From: Auanema rhodensis
Taxonomy: Eukaryota > Animalia > Nematoda
Direction: 5' to 3'
Assembly (NCBI GenBank): GCA_964057225.1
Contig: OZ059898.1
Coordinates: 16,120,001 to 16,184,000, forward strand
DNA length: 64,000 nucleotides
Position numbers and translations under genes: made by a program. The notes under the pieces are model-generated. The model saw only the letters and a program-made list of their open reading frames with translations, was not told where the DNA came from and made no database searches. The number at the start of each line of letters is the position of its first letter. Positions within the stretch are counted from its first letter, which is position 1. Below, one piece after another: positions 44,301 through 57,208 of this stretch.

Positions 44301-45210
44301 ATTCAGTAACAGGAGTGGGAGCCTACAATTTTATCATGTTCAAATGATTTTAGAGTGAAAAACTCACTGATCCCACACGTTCTCGTGCTGGGAGAGGTGG
44401 TGGAGGATGTTTGGGAGGTGGGCCGATAGGCGATGAAACAAGTGATCCAGGACTGCATGCTTTGAATGAAGAAAATGCTGGTTCCTAGAAAAAAAGATTG
44501 ATAAAAAAGTAATTATCATAAGTAATTACAGATGGATAAATATCAACAGGGCAATTTTCTGGGACAGTGCATATCCGATTTGCTGATTCTAAAGGAGATC
44601 CAAAAGAACTAATTATATGACCGGACGTTGACGGTGCTCTTGTGCTAACACTATCGGAAGGAAGAACAACCTGAACAAAAGTTTAAGAACGTGTATACAG
44701 AATTTTAAAACTCACAACAGTATCTGGTCCTGCTAAAACTCGACGATGCCATGAATGTAAACTAGTTGTATCACTTATAATAGAAATTCCATCATTATCT
44801 CCTTGAAGCGCTGAAGGGGTGAAGACATCGCGAGTACCGAATTCTTCTTTCATTCTATTACGAAAAGCAGCTAACCGCTCTCTACGACTATTACCACCAA
44901 GAGTATCCTGAAACAGAATATTTAAAGTATTAATAGTATCAAATAAATAAAATACCTGAGGCGTTGTGGAACTCAAAGGTGCTGGGACAGCAAATTGCGA
45001 GGAAGGTCGCGAAGGAGAATATGTTTGAGGACATGGAATAGATAATTCGTCAGGCCTAGGAAGATGATTCAAAGCAGGCTAAAAGAGTCAAAATATAAAG
45101 TTGAAAAATAGTAAAATTCACACCTGAGGTTGAGCCTTTTCTCCTACAGTTAAATTCGCCTGCTCAAGGGTATCCAAAGCATCCTCAAACTCTTCATCTT
45201 CATCATTCAT
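41379..45210 (-). CDS. sym-4: WDR44/Rab11-binding WD40 protein
   Basis: N-terminal FFAT-like [10 protein letters not shown]; proline-rich region; [10 protein letters not shown]; WD40 repeats ([58 protein letters not shown]). Confidence 0.93.
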
Positions 45211-45753
45211 TTAACCCCCTTAAACAATAAGGGAGGTAAATAAGAGTAGAAATAATAATCCATGACGAAAATATGGTTATTGGAGGATTCTATTTGATGG
45301 ACGAAGCATGTTATAGCATAGGACCGAAGACCGATATTCGCTCTCATGTGTTCTAGACGCAGAGAGCGAAGTGAGAGTGCAGAGAAGAGAGATCATAGGG
45401 AACGAGAGTCGATAAAGACAAAAGAAAAACAGGTTAAAACGAAAACCGAACGAAATAACCGCAACATTGAATGATAAAAGTTATAGGGATGCGAAATAAA
45501 TCTTTGAAAAGTTGAAAATAAGTAAGGACCTGCGACCTCAACTTTAAAAAATAAGAATAATAGCTACCTACATATTTATCTTTTTGAAGCAACACTAACA
45601 TGTAAAAATGCACTCTAAAACAAAGTGTGAGCAGTATTAAGACCTATTTGGAGGTTGATATAATCCGTAAAAATTTAGCTATATACAAATTAAAAGGCAC
45701 TTATAAAACTATGCAAATATTCTAATTCTACAAATTATTTGATCGGTAAGTAG

Positions 45754-47450
45754 TTAGAGGTTGTATTTCTGGATAACTGCATCGGCAAATTCAATTGTAG
45801 TGTTGTATCTAAATATTCATATATACATTCAGTTTAAAATATCACTCTTACCCTCCTAAATCACGAGTGCGAACTTTCTTCTCACTGATGACATCAGCAA
45901 CAGCTTTACGAAGAGCTTGGCCATGCTCAGTCAAATGAAGATGGTCCAACATATTTGCCGTGCAAAGGATCATAGCAGTTGGGTTAGCAATATTCCTATT
46001 TCAACAAAATAAGAATGACGACTGAAGTATGAACCATTTACCTTCCTAATGCCTGTTGGAAGGAGTGACGGCAACCTGGTTCAAAGATAACGAAATCACT
46101 TCCTACTGATTGACCAGTGACAACTCCAGCGCCACCAACCAAACTAAACAAATCATATAGTCAAAAAAACTCATTCTTGCATACCCGGCAGCTAAGTTAT
46201 CAATAATGTTTCCATATAAGTTTGGCATAACAAGAACGTCGAACTGTTCAGGCTTGCTTACCATTTGCATGCAAGTATTATCAACAATCATTGAATCAAA
46301 TTCAATTTTTGGATAACGGCTAGCAACCTGAAATTTTATAAAAAAATATTTATAAAATATAAAAGTAAATAATTATACTGACCTCTTGGCAAGTCTTGAG
46401 GAAAAGTCCATCTCCAAGCTTCATAATATTGGCTTTATGAACAGCGGTAACTTTTTTACGTCCATATTTAGTAGCATAATCGAAAGCATACTTAGCAATA
46501 CGTTCACATTTTACCCTGGTTGATATTTTTAGGCACTCAATAACACCTAAAGTAAGCGCAAAGCATAAGAAGTTTAATAAGTTAATCTTACCAGGAACAA
46601 GTTCATGCTCTAAACTTGAATATTCGCCTTCTGTTTGCTCACGGACAATGACAAAATCCAGAGCTTTGCCATGACGAGTCTTGATGCCATCCAAAGCCTG
46701 ATAAAATTTGTATATAAACAAATATTGGTGGAAATAGCTTTAATGTTCATGGCTTCAGAAAAAACCGTCAATAAGAGGGGCGCTTTATGCTAATGACGGC
46801 GTGTGCTATTTAGTCAAATAACTCATTTAGAAAATAGCAAAGAAGTGAAAATGTTATATTTAAAAAAATTAACTGAGTAAAATGCTTAAGCTTATTAATA
46901 TACCTTAATGTGAACAACATTAGCAAAAAGGTCCAGCTCACGGCGAAGGCGCATATTCAATCCATGAAGTTCCCCTTCATTGTGTATAACAGCTGATTCT
47001 TCAATAGCTCCTGAAGTAAAAGAATGCTTTCCGTTAAGATTTCTTTCTGAAAACTTGCCTTTCAAGGCAACATTATTATTGCGAGCAATGGCCTCTTTAG
47101 CGTTTTCAATTGATGCGGATCGTGAGTAATGAACTTCGGAGAGGAAAACTTCTGTAAAACACTATTATGCAAATAATAATAATAATATGACTCACCTTCA
47201 AACTCTAATGGAATACCGGTATTCTTCACAATGTCTTGAACCACATAAAGAAGTTCTGGTCCAACTCCGTCTCCTGGAATCATTGTAACCTAAAAGAGTT
47301 TCTCATTGTTAAATAGCTCTACTTATATAAGCTTGCCTTTAATTTTTGCGCAATCTCGGCTTGAGGTTTTACTGATGTCACTGCTGTACGGTGTGAGGCA
47401 AGAACTTGAGGTGCGCATCGGAGAGCATTTCCCACGGTTCTGGATAACAT
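45754..47450 (-). CDS. idhb-1: NAD-dependent isocitrate dehydrogenase beta subunit
   Basis: MLSRTV...KLK|[53 protein letters not shown]; 10 exons, two introns with GC donors. Confidence 0.95.
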
Positions 47451-48129
47451 TCTGAAAGAACGATATTAGAATTCAGATTGAATATTTAAGAAATACAGGC
47501 AATAAAATATTCATACACTTTTCGCTGAAGAAAATTTTAAAATAGTGAATTTTAAATTTTTTAACGGGAAATATCATAAAATTCAAATTGTCGCTTAATC
47601 TTGAAGCTTATGCTCCATAATCATAATCAGGGTTACATGCTGATATACTTAGACCCCAGTTAAACACTACATTTGCGCCATTAACCTTCGTCAGGAGCTC
47701 TGTTTGCGCTTTTGACTCACTGACGCTTCTTCCAGAATTTCTACTCAATAACCACATGGCTTGTGTAAGCATATGCTTGATGTATGGAGGAATTAGTTTT
47801 TCAATATAAAAGAGAAACCTTTGGATACAACTATTTCTCTTCAGTGAAAATGCTCGTATTTTACAGTGGTAAAGTGGGTCATGGTCTCTAACGGATATTG
47901 ATTCGCATAAACATATTTCAATGTGTAGAATACGCATACACTTTTACTATAACTATTGAAAATTGCTGTAATCTATGTTGTGTACATTGTCTTTTGATAT
48001 CAAATGTGAAAATGTGATGTGATAAGGTTACTTTGGGGTGTATTTTTATTGCCACGTTGCTTGGAATTTCTGTCCCAAACAGAATATTTGTGTTTTGAAT
48101 ACTTCGTTTCAATCTCACATTTTCTGGAG

Positions 48130-48981
48130 ATGAGTCTACGAACCGCTTTCCATGTAGTTTCTTTTGGAGCTTATGCAGCTACTGCTTATTACGATATTCA
48201 ACTTGTTTATGGAGATCGTTTGCCCATTCCAGGACAGTTTTTGTCTAAGTTTGTATGGCTTACTCTAGTAAATTTGGTTAGTATTTAACATAACCAATTA
48301 AATTAACAAAACTTATTAGTATCTTCAAATGTTCTATCATTTTGCTGGTATTTTTGTGTCTGCTATTGGGGGAAAACATCCAATTTTTGATTTTATATCC
48401 AGAGCAATCATTGCTCCAGTCGGAATGGTTGAGTCAACTAGCTCAATACTCAAATCAAAATCTGAATTCAGACTGTCGTACTTCTATTCTGGACTCTTTA
48501 CTTGCTTGACCCCAATACTTTATTGGCAGATGATATTGCTAAACAAATTATATCGATCAAATGGTATAACAATGGTTTGGTGAGTCTTGTCGAATATTGT
48601 ACAAATAGAGTAAATTTTGTTCCTTCTTTAGCACACCCTTCCTCTGATAACTTCAATTCTTGACACTGTAATCACGAATCATGGTCATGTATCGGGCAAG
48701 AAAGCTATCAAGGCCATTGCTGCATTTGCAATCTTCTATATCATTGAGTATGATCATATATTTCAACTAGCGTATGCATTTACCTAATCTTCAGCATTCA
48801 TGTTGTTCATCACATTTCTGGCTTCTGGGCCTATCCCATCTTGGGTGATTTGATCCTTCCATTCCGTGCTGTATTCATTGTGGCTTGCATGGGAGTCTTG
48901 TTCGTCAACTTCAAAGTCGTCGACTTTCTTCATTGCGTTGTTCACGGAAGATCAACGAATATCAAAAAGAAAAAACTCTAA
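48130..48981 (+). CDS. FAR-17a/AIG1/ADTRP-family multipass Thr hydrolase (copy 1)
   Basis: KFVWLTLVNL, LFWTLYLLDP, WYNNGL|HTLP, GFWAYPIL; C-terminus KKKKL. Confidence 0.88.
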
Positions 48982-49117
48982 TTTTATATTCAATTAGTCA
49001 TAATAATTGTGTTGTATTCATTATTCTAATAAAATCGGTGATTATTTGTTATCCCCCGTTTACTTTTTTGGAATATTTGGAAATCATTAAAGTAACTATT
49101 ATACTATTTTTTTAAGA

Positions 49118-49934
49118 ATGTCGAGAGTTCAAGATCTTTCTTTCTTTCCTCGTGTTATTCGTGTAGCGTTTGCTGTGATGTGGTGTTCTTCCTTGTATTT
49201 TGATGTTACATATCAGCCTCGTCTTGGGCATGAATGGTATATATATAAGTTGGTCATGCTTACCAATTTGAATTTTGTAAGTTTCTATGTTAGGTAAAAC
49301 TGTAAAACTTCCCTTCAGGTTATATTCACTGTTTACTCAACAGTTTGTGCATTCTGCTCATTCTCTATTGCCAAATTTTTGGATCCTGTTAGAAATTTTA
49401 TGTTCTTCACAAGCGTTTTTCCTATAGGAATGGTATTAATTATATGATAGCACAACTGTGATTGATTTTATAGATAACCTGTGCTATGTTCTGGGGTTTA
49501 TATTCTATAAATCCGGCCTTAGTAATGCCAGAATGGGTCGCTAAACTGATTCCAAGTTGGCTAAACCATGTCACCCATACCGTGCCAGCTTTCCAACTTT
49601 TATTCGAACTTGTTTGTGGAAGCTACGAAGCTTTAGCTGTTAGGACAAACATAGTTATGTCCTTCTTATTGGTCGCTATATACTTCGGGATGTACGTTAA
49701 TATGTATTTCATTAATTGAAGAGCAAAGATTTTAGAATTTTGGTTGTACGTGCAGTCGATGGATATTGGCTATATCCTCTTTTGGAATTATTCCAAATTG
49801 AACATTTCTTTATTGGATATTTCGTTGCCGTGATAGGATACTTTTCGTTAATTATTTTGGCACAACTAATATCCGGAAAATTATACAATCCAGGAAGATC
49901 AGGAAAGAACAAAAACAACAAAAAACTTCATTAG
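49118..49934 (+). CDS. FAR-17a/AIG1/ADTRP-family multipass Thr hydrolase (copy 2)
   Basis: KLVMLTNLNF, MFWGLYSINP, IPSWLNHVTHTVP, GYWLYPLL; C-terminus KKLH. AATAAA at 49028 and acceptor at 49116 give operon-type spacing. Confidence 0.9.
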
Positions 49935-49971
49935 GAATATATAATACTTTTTTTTTATTTTGGGTAACTGA

Positions 49972-52731
49972 TTATTGGTGAATGAAAGACATATTATCAT
50001 TGAAGTCATAATAAATATCTTGAGACTGTTCGTATGTAAGAAAACATAAGATTGTAGAAAAGATTCCAATAAGGAATAAAATTGTTTGTATGATTTTCAT
50101 TGAATGAACATTTAAGCCTTCAAGCTTTTCCCATATTGTTTTACCTAATAATAGCATACATTTCGATTCAATAAAAATTCACCTACGAATTCCACAGTTG
50201 ATCTATGAACAGGCTTCAGAGAGTTTTGTATAGGTACAGCTTTGGCTATGAAAAAACTCAGCCTATCATCAGTGGCTTCCACTACTCTCTTTAAAGCAAT
50301 TATACATATTTCAAACAAAATATTCTTACCTGAACAGGTCCGGCTATTAACGCTTTCCATGGCACTTGTTTGACTCCAAACTGTGGAGCAATCACAGCCT
50401 AAATGAGAATGAAAACTGCTAAAAATATAAGAAAATGTACAGATAAGCAATCCGTAGACTTAAGTCTTTCAATATCTACTAAACTTTGACTCTGCTGAAC
50501 CACTACGGTAACATTGGGATAAGTAATTGATTGGAGTACAAATTGGCCTCTCTGTAAACAATGTGAACATTATAGTTGAAAGCGGTTTACCGCATTTTTT
50601 TTGCTTTGGAGTCGTAAGTCATCAAAACGATAAGCTTCTAATGGATAGCAATGTTCCTTATGTTTTGCCTATATGATGCAGATATATGCACAACAACATT
50701 GAGAATAACATGAGTTATACCTCTGAACTCTTGAAGGATTCAATATTCATTACCGTCCACTTATTTTGCGAGATGGAATCAGATAATATCTCTCTAAATT
50801 AAAAATTGGAAATATATTAAGCAAATGTTATTACTCCTCCCAATTCGAGCGTAATGTAACAGAGACTAAGTCTAATGGTTTGAAAATATTAGAGTTGTGC
50901 TTTTCGTTCCAATTTGAAACTTCTGTAGCTGCGAACGTTATAAAGCCTATTCCGTCGCTCCTGAAAACTTGTATAAACAACAGATATTCTAATTTTATTA
51001 CCAAAGCAAGAGTGATTCCTTTCTAGCAATCATTTCATCAATGGAATATGTATTGAAAGATACAACAGCTGGTACAGTGACAATTATTTGATTATGTGAC
51101 AGCAGCTATATGATAGAGTTATATATTTTTCAATACGTTAACTTACTTTCAAATCGTGTAAAAATGATAATCTGGGTCTGCCCGGTTTTATCTGTAACTA
51201 TTTCTTCAAGATAATTTTTTTTAGTTAACCTCAAATCCTTCATCTGGAACCATGCGATACTGGTAAACTGAACATTTCTTAAGATCATTAATTTCCAATT
51301 CGGTTAATGGAATACAAAATCGTCCGTATCTTGGAGTAAACAATTCAATCTTCAAGCTACAATATTACTGTTCAATAATAAAGCCAGGTTACTACTCCAA
51401 TATAAGGCTTTTTAGACGGTGGGTGAAACGCAATTAGTATCCCTGTATCCCAACTTTGGTCATTTGCTAGCCTTTTGAAGAGAGGATACCAACAGTCTTC
51501 AGATAAATCAGTTGTTTCAGATGGGGAATAATCCGAAACAACTGACAAATTTTCCATAGATAAATACTGAAATTTGAACGATCAGATATACTTATGAAAT
51601 CTATGTATACGTCATTCCTTAAAGGAGTATCAGTAACATGCCTGAAACAAATACATTAATCAAATTTTTACAGTTTTTCCTACTCATTAATTCCATCGCA
51701 CGAATTGAACTTTCGCATCGCTGGCACATAATCTGGAAAGTCTGGTACTACCATAGGCAGATGAGTTGTCCTCTGAGTTTCTGTCTTTCTATCAAATTTA
51801 TATTGTGGCGCTTTGGAATTATGCCATAATTCATTTCCAGAAATTTTTTTATCGGAGGATAGTGTGTCTTTCCAGTTGTATGACCTCTTCTTATCGTTAA
51901 TGGAACCATGAATCAAAGTTTTTGCTACTGCACTTCGAGATTTCATTCGCTTCTGAAAGTTTGTAATAACAAAAGACCCAAAAAGAATTGTGTTACCTGA
52001 CCAGTGAAACCGAAAGATGTTTTATGAGAATCATTTGGCTCCTTTGGCCAACCATCAGCAGCATTCAATGCCCAATCTAAAGATTAAAACTTGATTTCTC
52101 TTCAATTTTTCAAAAATACCTTCATTTTTAACCCAAACTTTCGAGTTATCTCGCGTATTATTATTATTTATCTAAAAAAAAATAATATAAGCAAAACGAG
52201 CATACGTTTTTTACATTGGTGTTATAATAAGTATTCACTTCCGATTTTGGTTTTTCAACATTGAAGACAGAACTGTTGTGAAATCCGATTCTTCCTAACT
52301 TCGCTTGTACTTTCTGCTGCTTCATATCATTATACTCCAAACGGCTATTAGAGTTTGCAACCGAGCAATGAGCCCATCCATCACCCAACTTTAAGCATTT
52401 AGTATGATTAGGTGATTGTATAGTTAAGGCACCTTGTCATCATGGTTAATTTCCTTTTCGATTAATTGAGGAGTGACTTTGACCCCAACAGAATGGTTTT
52501 CATTCAAAAAATCTGTTAAAAATTTCTTTCACATTCTCAACATAATAATCTTACCACATGCTCTCAAAATTTTATGAATACCCGAAGAATAGCATACCAA
52601 TTCTAAGTCTTTATCGCAACACGGACACTGACGTGAAAATATTTTTGCATAAGTAGGATATCTTATACCTTTATCACATAAACATGAGCGGCTGCAGTTT
52701 GAACGTTATTTTGAACTTTATTTTCATCCAT
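49972..52731 (-). CDS. Unrecognised protein, ~670 aa, ~19 exons
   Basis: A continuous frame can be built through about 18 GT-AG introns of roughly 35-48 nt: MDENKVQ...K|CPCCDKDLELVC...LLW|SDGIGFI...PWKALIAGPVQ|RVVEA...hydrophobic C-terminus. No family recognised. Confidence 0.7.
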
Positions 52732-53284
52732 AATCGAAATATATTCTTTGGTGCCCTTCCTGATAAAATCAAATAGAAAACAAACTTAGTGCTCGTTTTG
52801 TTCCTTTCCATACCGATAAAATTAACAGCTCTTTTATTTGAAAATTCCTTTTTCCTACGAAGCTTCTGGAATTAAATGACATCATTCCAGTTTAACTTAG
52901 CTTCAAATATTTGTATATTTTTGATTAGTTCAACTATGAACAACGTTTGATCACCAACCAACTTGATTTTGTAAAGATCAAGATATTTATCACAGCCACA
53001 AGCTTGTGCACGTGATTCTTGAGAGCAGCCTCGTTTCTCGAATCTCTGAGAATTTGGACTTGGTCCGCAATCGCCCGTTCTTTAGATTTCATCGACTACT
53101 CACGTACTGCTCAATTAGAGCGTGTACTTTCCGCGTTTGAAATCAATCATCAAATTAACCTTTTCGTTTTTTTCTAAGGAAAATTCAATTTTCAATGACA
53201 ACCTAGACAACTGTAATAGTTCATCGTAATTCCTCATTACCAACTATATTTTAGTGTAGAAGGTGCACTCGTATTAGATTTCAA

Positions 53285-54660
53285 ATGGAAGTTAGTGTTC
53301 GTCCTGCGCATATTTTAGATGACGGTTTGTTTCCAATTTAAATACATATATTCATGGTTCAAATAAAGGAACTAAAGAAAGACTTATTAAATTCTCAAAA
53401 GATTTCGCTGCGGGTGCATCTGCCGCTGTGGTTGCAAAAACTGTTATAGCTCCAGTAGAACGTGTAAAGCTTATATTGCAGGTTTGTAAACTTTATTTTA
53501 CCGGTTCAAACGCTAATAATATTGTTATTTAGCTGCAAAATGCACAAACAACTTTGGATATCAAACATCGATATAAAGGAATGCTTGATTGTTTTCTCCG
53601 AGTTCCGAAAGAACAAGGGTTTTTTTCATTTTGGCGTGGGAACTGGGTTAATATTTTGAGAGCGTGTGGACAGGTTTAAAATATTTATTTCAGAACTTTA
53701 TTCTATAAATTTCTGTTTTCAGGAGTCCTTAGGATTCGCTTTCAAGGATCTTTTCAAAAAATGGAGCTTAGATGGTGTAGACATGTCCAATAATCGAACA
53801 AGGTTTTTAGTAGGTATGCAATCTTTCTCATTTCTCTTTGTTTACGGTAGTACTTTTACTTTAACTGTAAGCTGAATTGTAGAAGTTTTATATTTTTTGT
53901 TTTCAATTTTCTAAATGATAAATTTAAGGAAATTTACTCGCTGGCGGAGGAGCGGGAGTGGTAACTTTTATGTTCATATATCCACTTGATTTTGTTAGAA
54001 CTCGTTTAGCTATTGACTTAGGAAAATATAAAAAGGTGAGAGGTTTATACGTTGAGCTGAATGTTAATGATATGAGTTTAGGACCGTGAATTCAATGGCA
54101 TGTTTGATTGTATGAGGAAAATTGTAAGACACGATGGAATTTTCGGCCTTTACAAGTGCACAACTATTTTTGATAAAATTTTTTAATCTGTTATTCCAGA
54201 GGTCTTTTACCTTCTTTACAATATATATTTATTTACCGTGGCTCGTATTATGGTCTTTTTGATACTGCTCGCCCTCATTTTTCCTCTAACGATGGAGTTT
54301 TAAGCTTTTGGAGGGCTTTCGCTGTAGGACAGGTTTGCTCCATCTATTTGAGCAGTTACTCAAGACAAAGACATTTCTAGGTTGTTACTTTAGTTAGTGC
54401 TATGATTTCTTATCCCTGGGATACTGTTCGTCGACGAATCATGATGACTGCTGGAAAAAAACAAGAAAAACCTCTCGGAACAATTGCTTGCACGAAAGTA
54501 CTATACCTGGTTAATACCTTTTTTAAACAATTATTTTCAGAACATACTGAAAAACGAAGGTTGGCGTGCTTTTTACCATGGTGCTATGGTTAATGCTATG
54601 CGTGGTACGGGGGCTGCCTTAGTCTTAGCTTTATATAACGAGATGGAAAAGTATATGTAG
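53285..54660 (+). CDS. Divergent ADP/ATP translocase (SLC25A4-6/ANT-like)
   Basis: [43 protein letters not shown]; 8 exons. Confidence 0.92.
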
Positions 54661-55379
54661 TTATGCTTAACATTTTGTTTTAAAAATTCCCACCGGTTTT
54701 TACTGAGAGCTTAGCATTATTATATATGCTCATCTTGCCGTTATTCGTATTGATACTTTTTGCTGCTCAGGTTCAAAAATAACTCTTCCTTTGCTTTTCT
54801 TATTTCTTATTATTTGAATCTGGTCACTCTTTAGATCAAAAGTTTGTTTCGTATGATTTCCATTAGGAATTGAAAAGCCAATGCTATTTTGATTATTATA
54901 TTGCACTTTCTTTTGAACTGTAAGTTCTTATCTACTGGTCTGAAATGTCTAGTCACTACATAATTGATAAATAACAGATACGTTTTGCAGAGAAATTTAT
55001 TACTTTTGTTTTATATGTACATATACAATTATTTTGATATACTTTTACTTTGGTTTACTATATATCTATAGTAAAACAAAGATTCAAAATTAATGGTATC
55101 TTTCTTTTTGTCTCCTTGTTTCATTTCAGATGTTTTGTATCTTTTAAAGTTTATCCCAGAATTTTAACATTAAAATTGCTTACTTCAACTGTAGAGTTAA
55201 AATGTGAGAATCTTGAATAGCTGAAATTGTTAGATGTTTTTCGTAATTTTCACCACGTATAATGAATATAACCTTATTCTATAGCCTTATTTTGAAACTT
55301 AATCAGTATTATTGAAGTATGCTATATAAAATTTTATTATATTAATCGAGTATTCATGATACATGCCATTATTTGCAGT

Positions 55380-55996
55380 CTATGATTTGGCTGGTTTTAT
55401 AACATTAAAACAATCGTTATGAATTAACCATTCTCCTTTAACCTGAATGGTGAATTTGATCAAGATGAAGTTATATTTTATGCGAGAGTTTTTCAAACCT
55501 TTTTCCAAACTTGAAGATATGCTCCACTTTCAATTCCACGAGTTCCATCCAAATGGTAGCTTCCTCGTTCGAAAGCCCAATCTCCCCCTCCATTAACCTC
55601 TTCAGTAATAATCTTAAAATTATAAATTAAATACTGGTCGATACACTATAAGATCTTACTTGAGCGGTTTGAACACCGTCGGCCATATCTTTTTTGAAAA
55701 ATGCTTCGATTCCTATAAAAGTTATGTTCAAATTTCACAAACAAAATGAAATACCAGCCCTCCCTTTCACAGGGGACGTGCCATTTGGCATGAAATATCC
55801 ATCAGGATCATATATATTTGCCGCTCCAGCAGCATCACCGGCATTGAAAGCTTTCATAAAATCCTGCTGACGTCTTTTAATCTCTTGACATAAGACTTAA
55901 TAATATAGATTTAAAGTAAATTTTCATTTAAAGAATTTGTAATTTAATATAATTCTTTAAGTTATGAAAACAATTAAGCATGAACGAAGATGTCAT
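55380..55996 (-). CDS. NTF2-like / SnoaL / DUF4440 small protein (first exon uncertain)
   Basis: EIKRRQQDFMKAFNAGDAAGAANIYDPDGYFMPNGTSPVKGRAGIEAFF...GDWAFERGSY...GAYLQVWKK|VKGEWLIHND. Confidence 0.85.
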
Positions 55997-56965
55997 TCTG
56001 CAACTAATTGAAGATGTTCAAGCAAAAAGAATTTTTTTTATTCCAAGGCTGCACGTCAACTTCAGTGGTGTATAACTTAGAATTAATCTGTCATCAACAG
56101 CTTCTTTAGTCTATTTCCGTACTAACTCAAATAACTCAAATGCTTCTTTTATAAAATACCAAATTTTTAAAAGGGTTAAACTATTTATATATCCATGGGT
56201 AGAGAAAAATGAAAAAGAAAAAAAGAAAACAGATTATGAATTATTATTTTTATTCTCGGGTACTTTTAACTAGATCAAATATAATCTATCATACTAGTAT
56301 AAACATTTACAGTTTAGTTTTTATGGAATTAAACTTCTAAAGAAAGTTCAATAATAGACAAAATTGATTAGAAACTTGAGAAAATATTTAAAACTAACCA
56401 TTGTTAGCTGCATTTAGACTACTATCCGTTAGAGGAATATGACGAAAATAATTAGTCATAATGGGAAGGAGATATTCTCGATAAAAGAAGTATATGGAAT
56501 AAGACGAAATTCGTTCTCATATTATCATGTGAGTGACAACTCTTCTGTGCTCCGCCCAAGTTACTACGTTTAAGAAGCCCAGTTGAAGTGAATGTAGGTC
56601 GAATACGAACATTGAACTTCAATTATTAAAATCAGGGCAATAGGAAAAACATTAAGAACTTAAGATATGCGTAATGTTTATTACGAAAAGGAAAGCAAAA
56701 TAAAACCAGTCGAGAAATAAAGGTGCACAAGAGCCTAAGCTCAATAAACACAATAAGGAAAGATTATTTAACAATCAATAAACATTTGTACTTAGCGTAT
56801 TACTCTAGAGAACATGATCACAGTATATATACTATTTGTTGCAAACAGCTGTTGAAAATACACAAAATGACAATATATGTGGAAGCATATATTCTTATCA
56901 GCAAGGGATGACAGTAACCCGAGTATAGGAAAAGCAGATTAACTAAAAATCCTCATTTTCATAAT

Positions 56966-56998
56966 AGAGAGAGAGAGAGAGAGAGATAGAGAGAGAGA
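56966..56998. repeat. (GA)n microsatellite in the toca-1 3' region
   Basis: Directly visible. Confidence 0.85.
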
Positions 56999-57208
56999 TG
57001 ACAGAAGATATAAAGATATAGACTGAGAAATAAACAACGGAGAGAATATGCTCATGCACAGAAATGTTTTTCTGAGATGAAACGACGTTAGTACAATGTA
57101 TGTAGATGCTCAATAAAAAAATTAATAAAGCCTATACGGTAACAAACTGAATATCAGCGAATTATTATACCTCACCGAGAGTAGGACTACAAGACTTTCT
57201 TTGCAGCT

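Noticed and set aside
47608-47937. 109-aa minus-strand ORF between idhb-1 and AIG1
   Set aside because: No recognisable motif and no consistent spliced model; probably promoter/outron sequence, though a small gene is not excluded.
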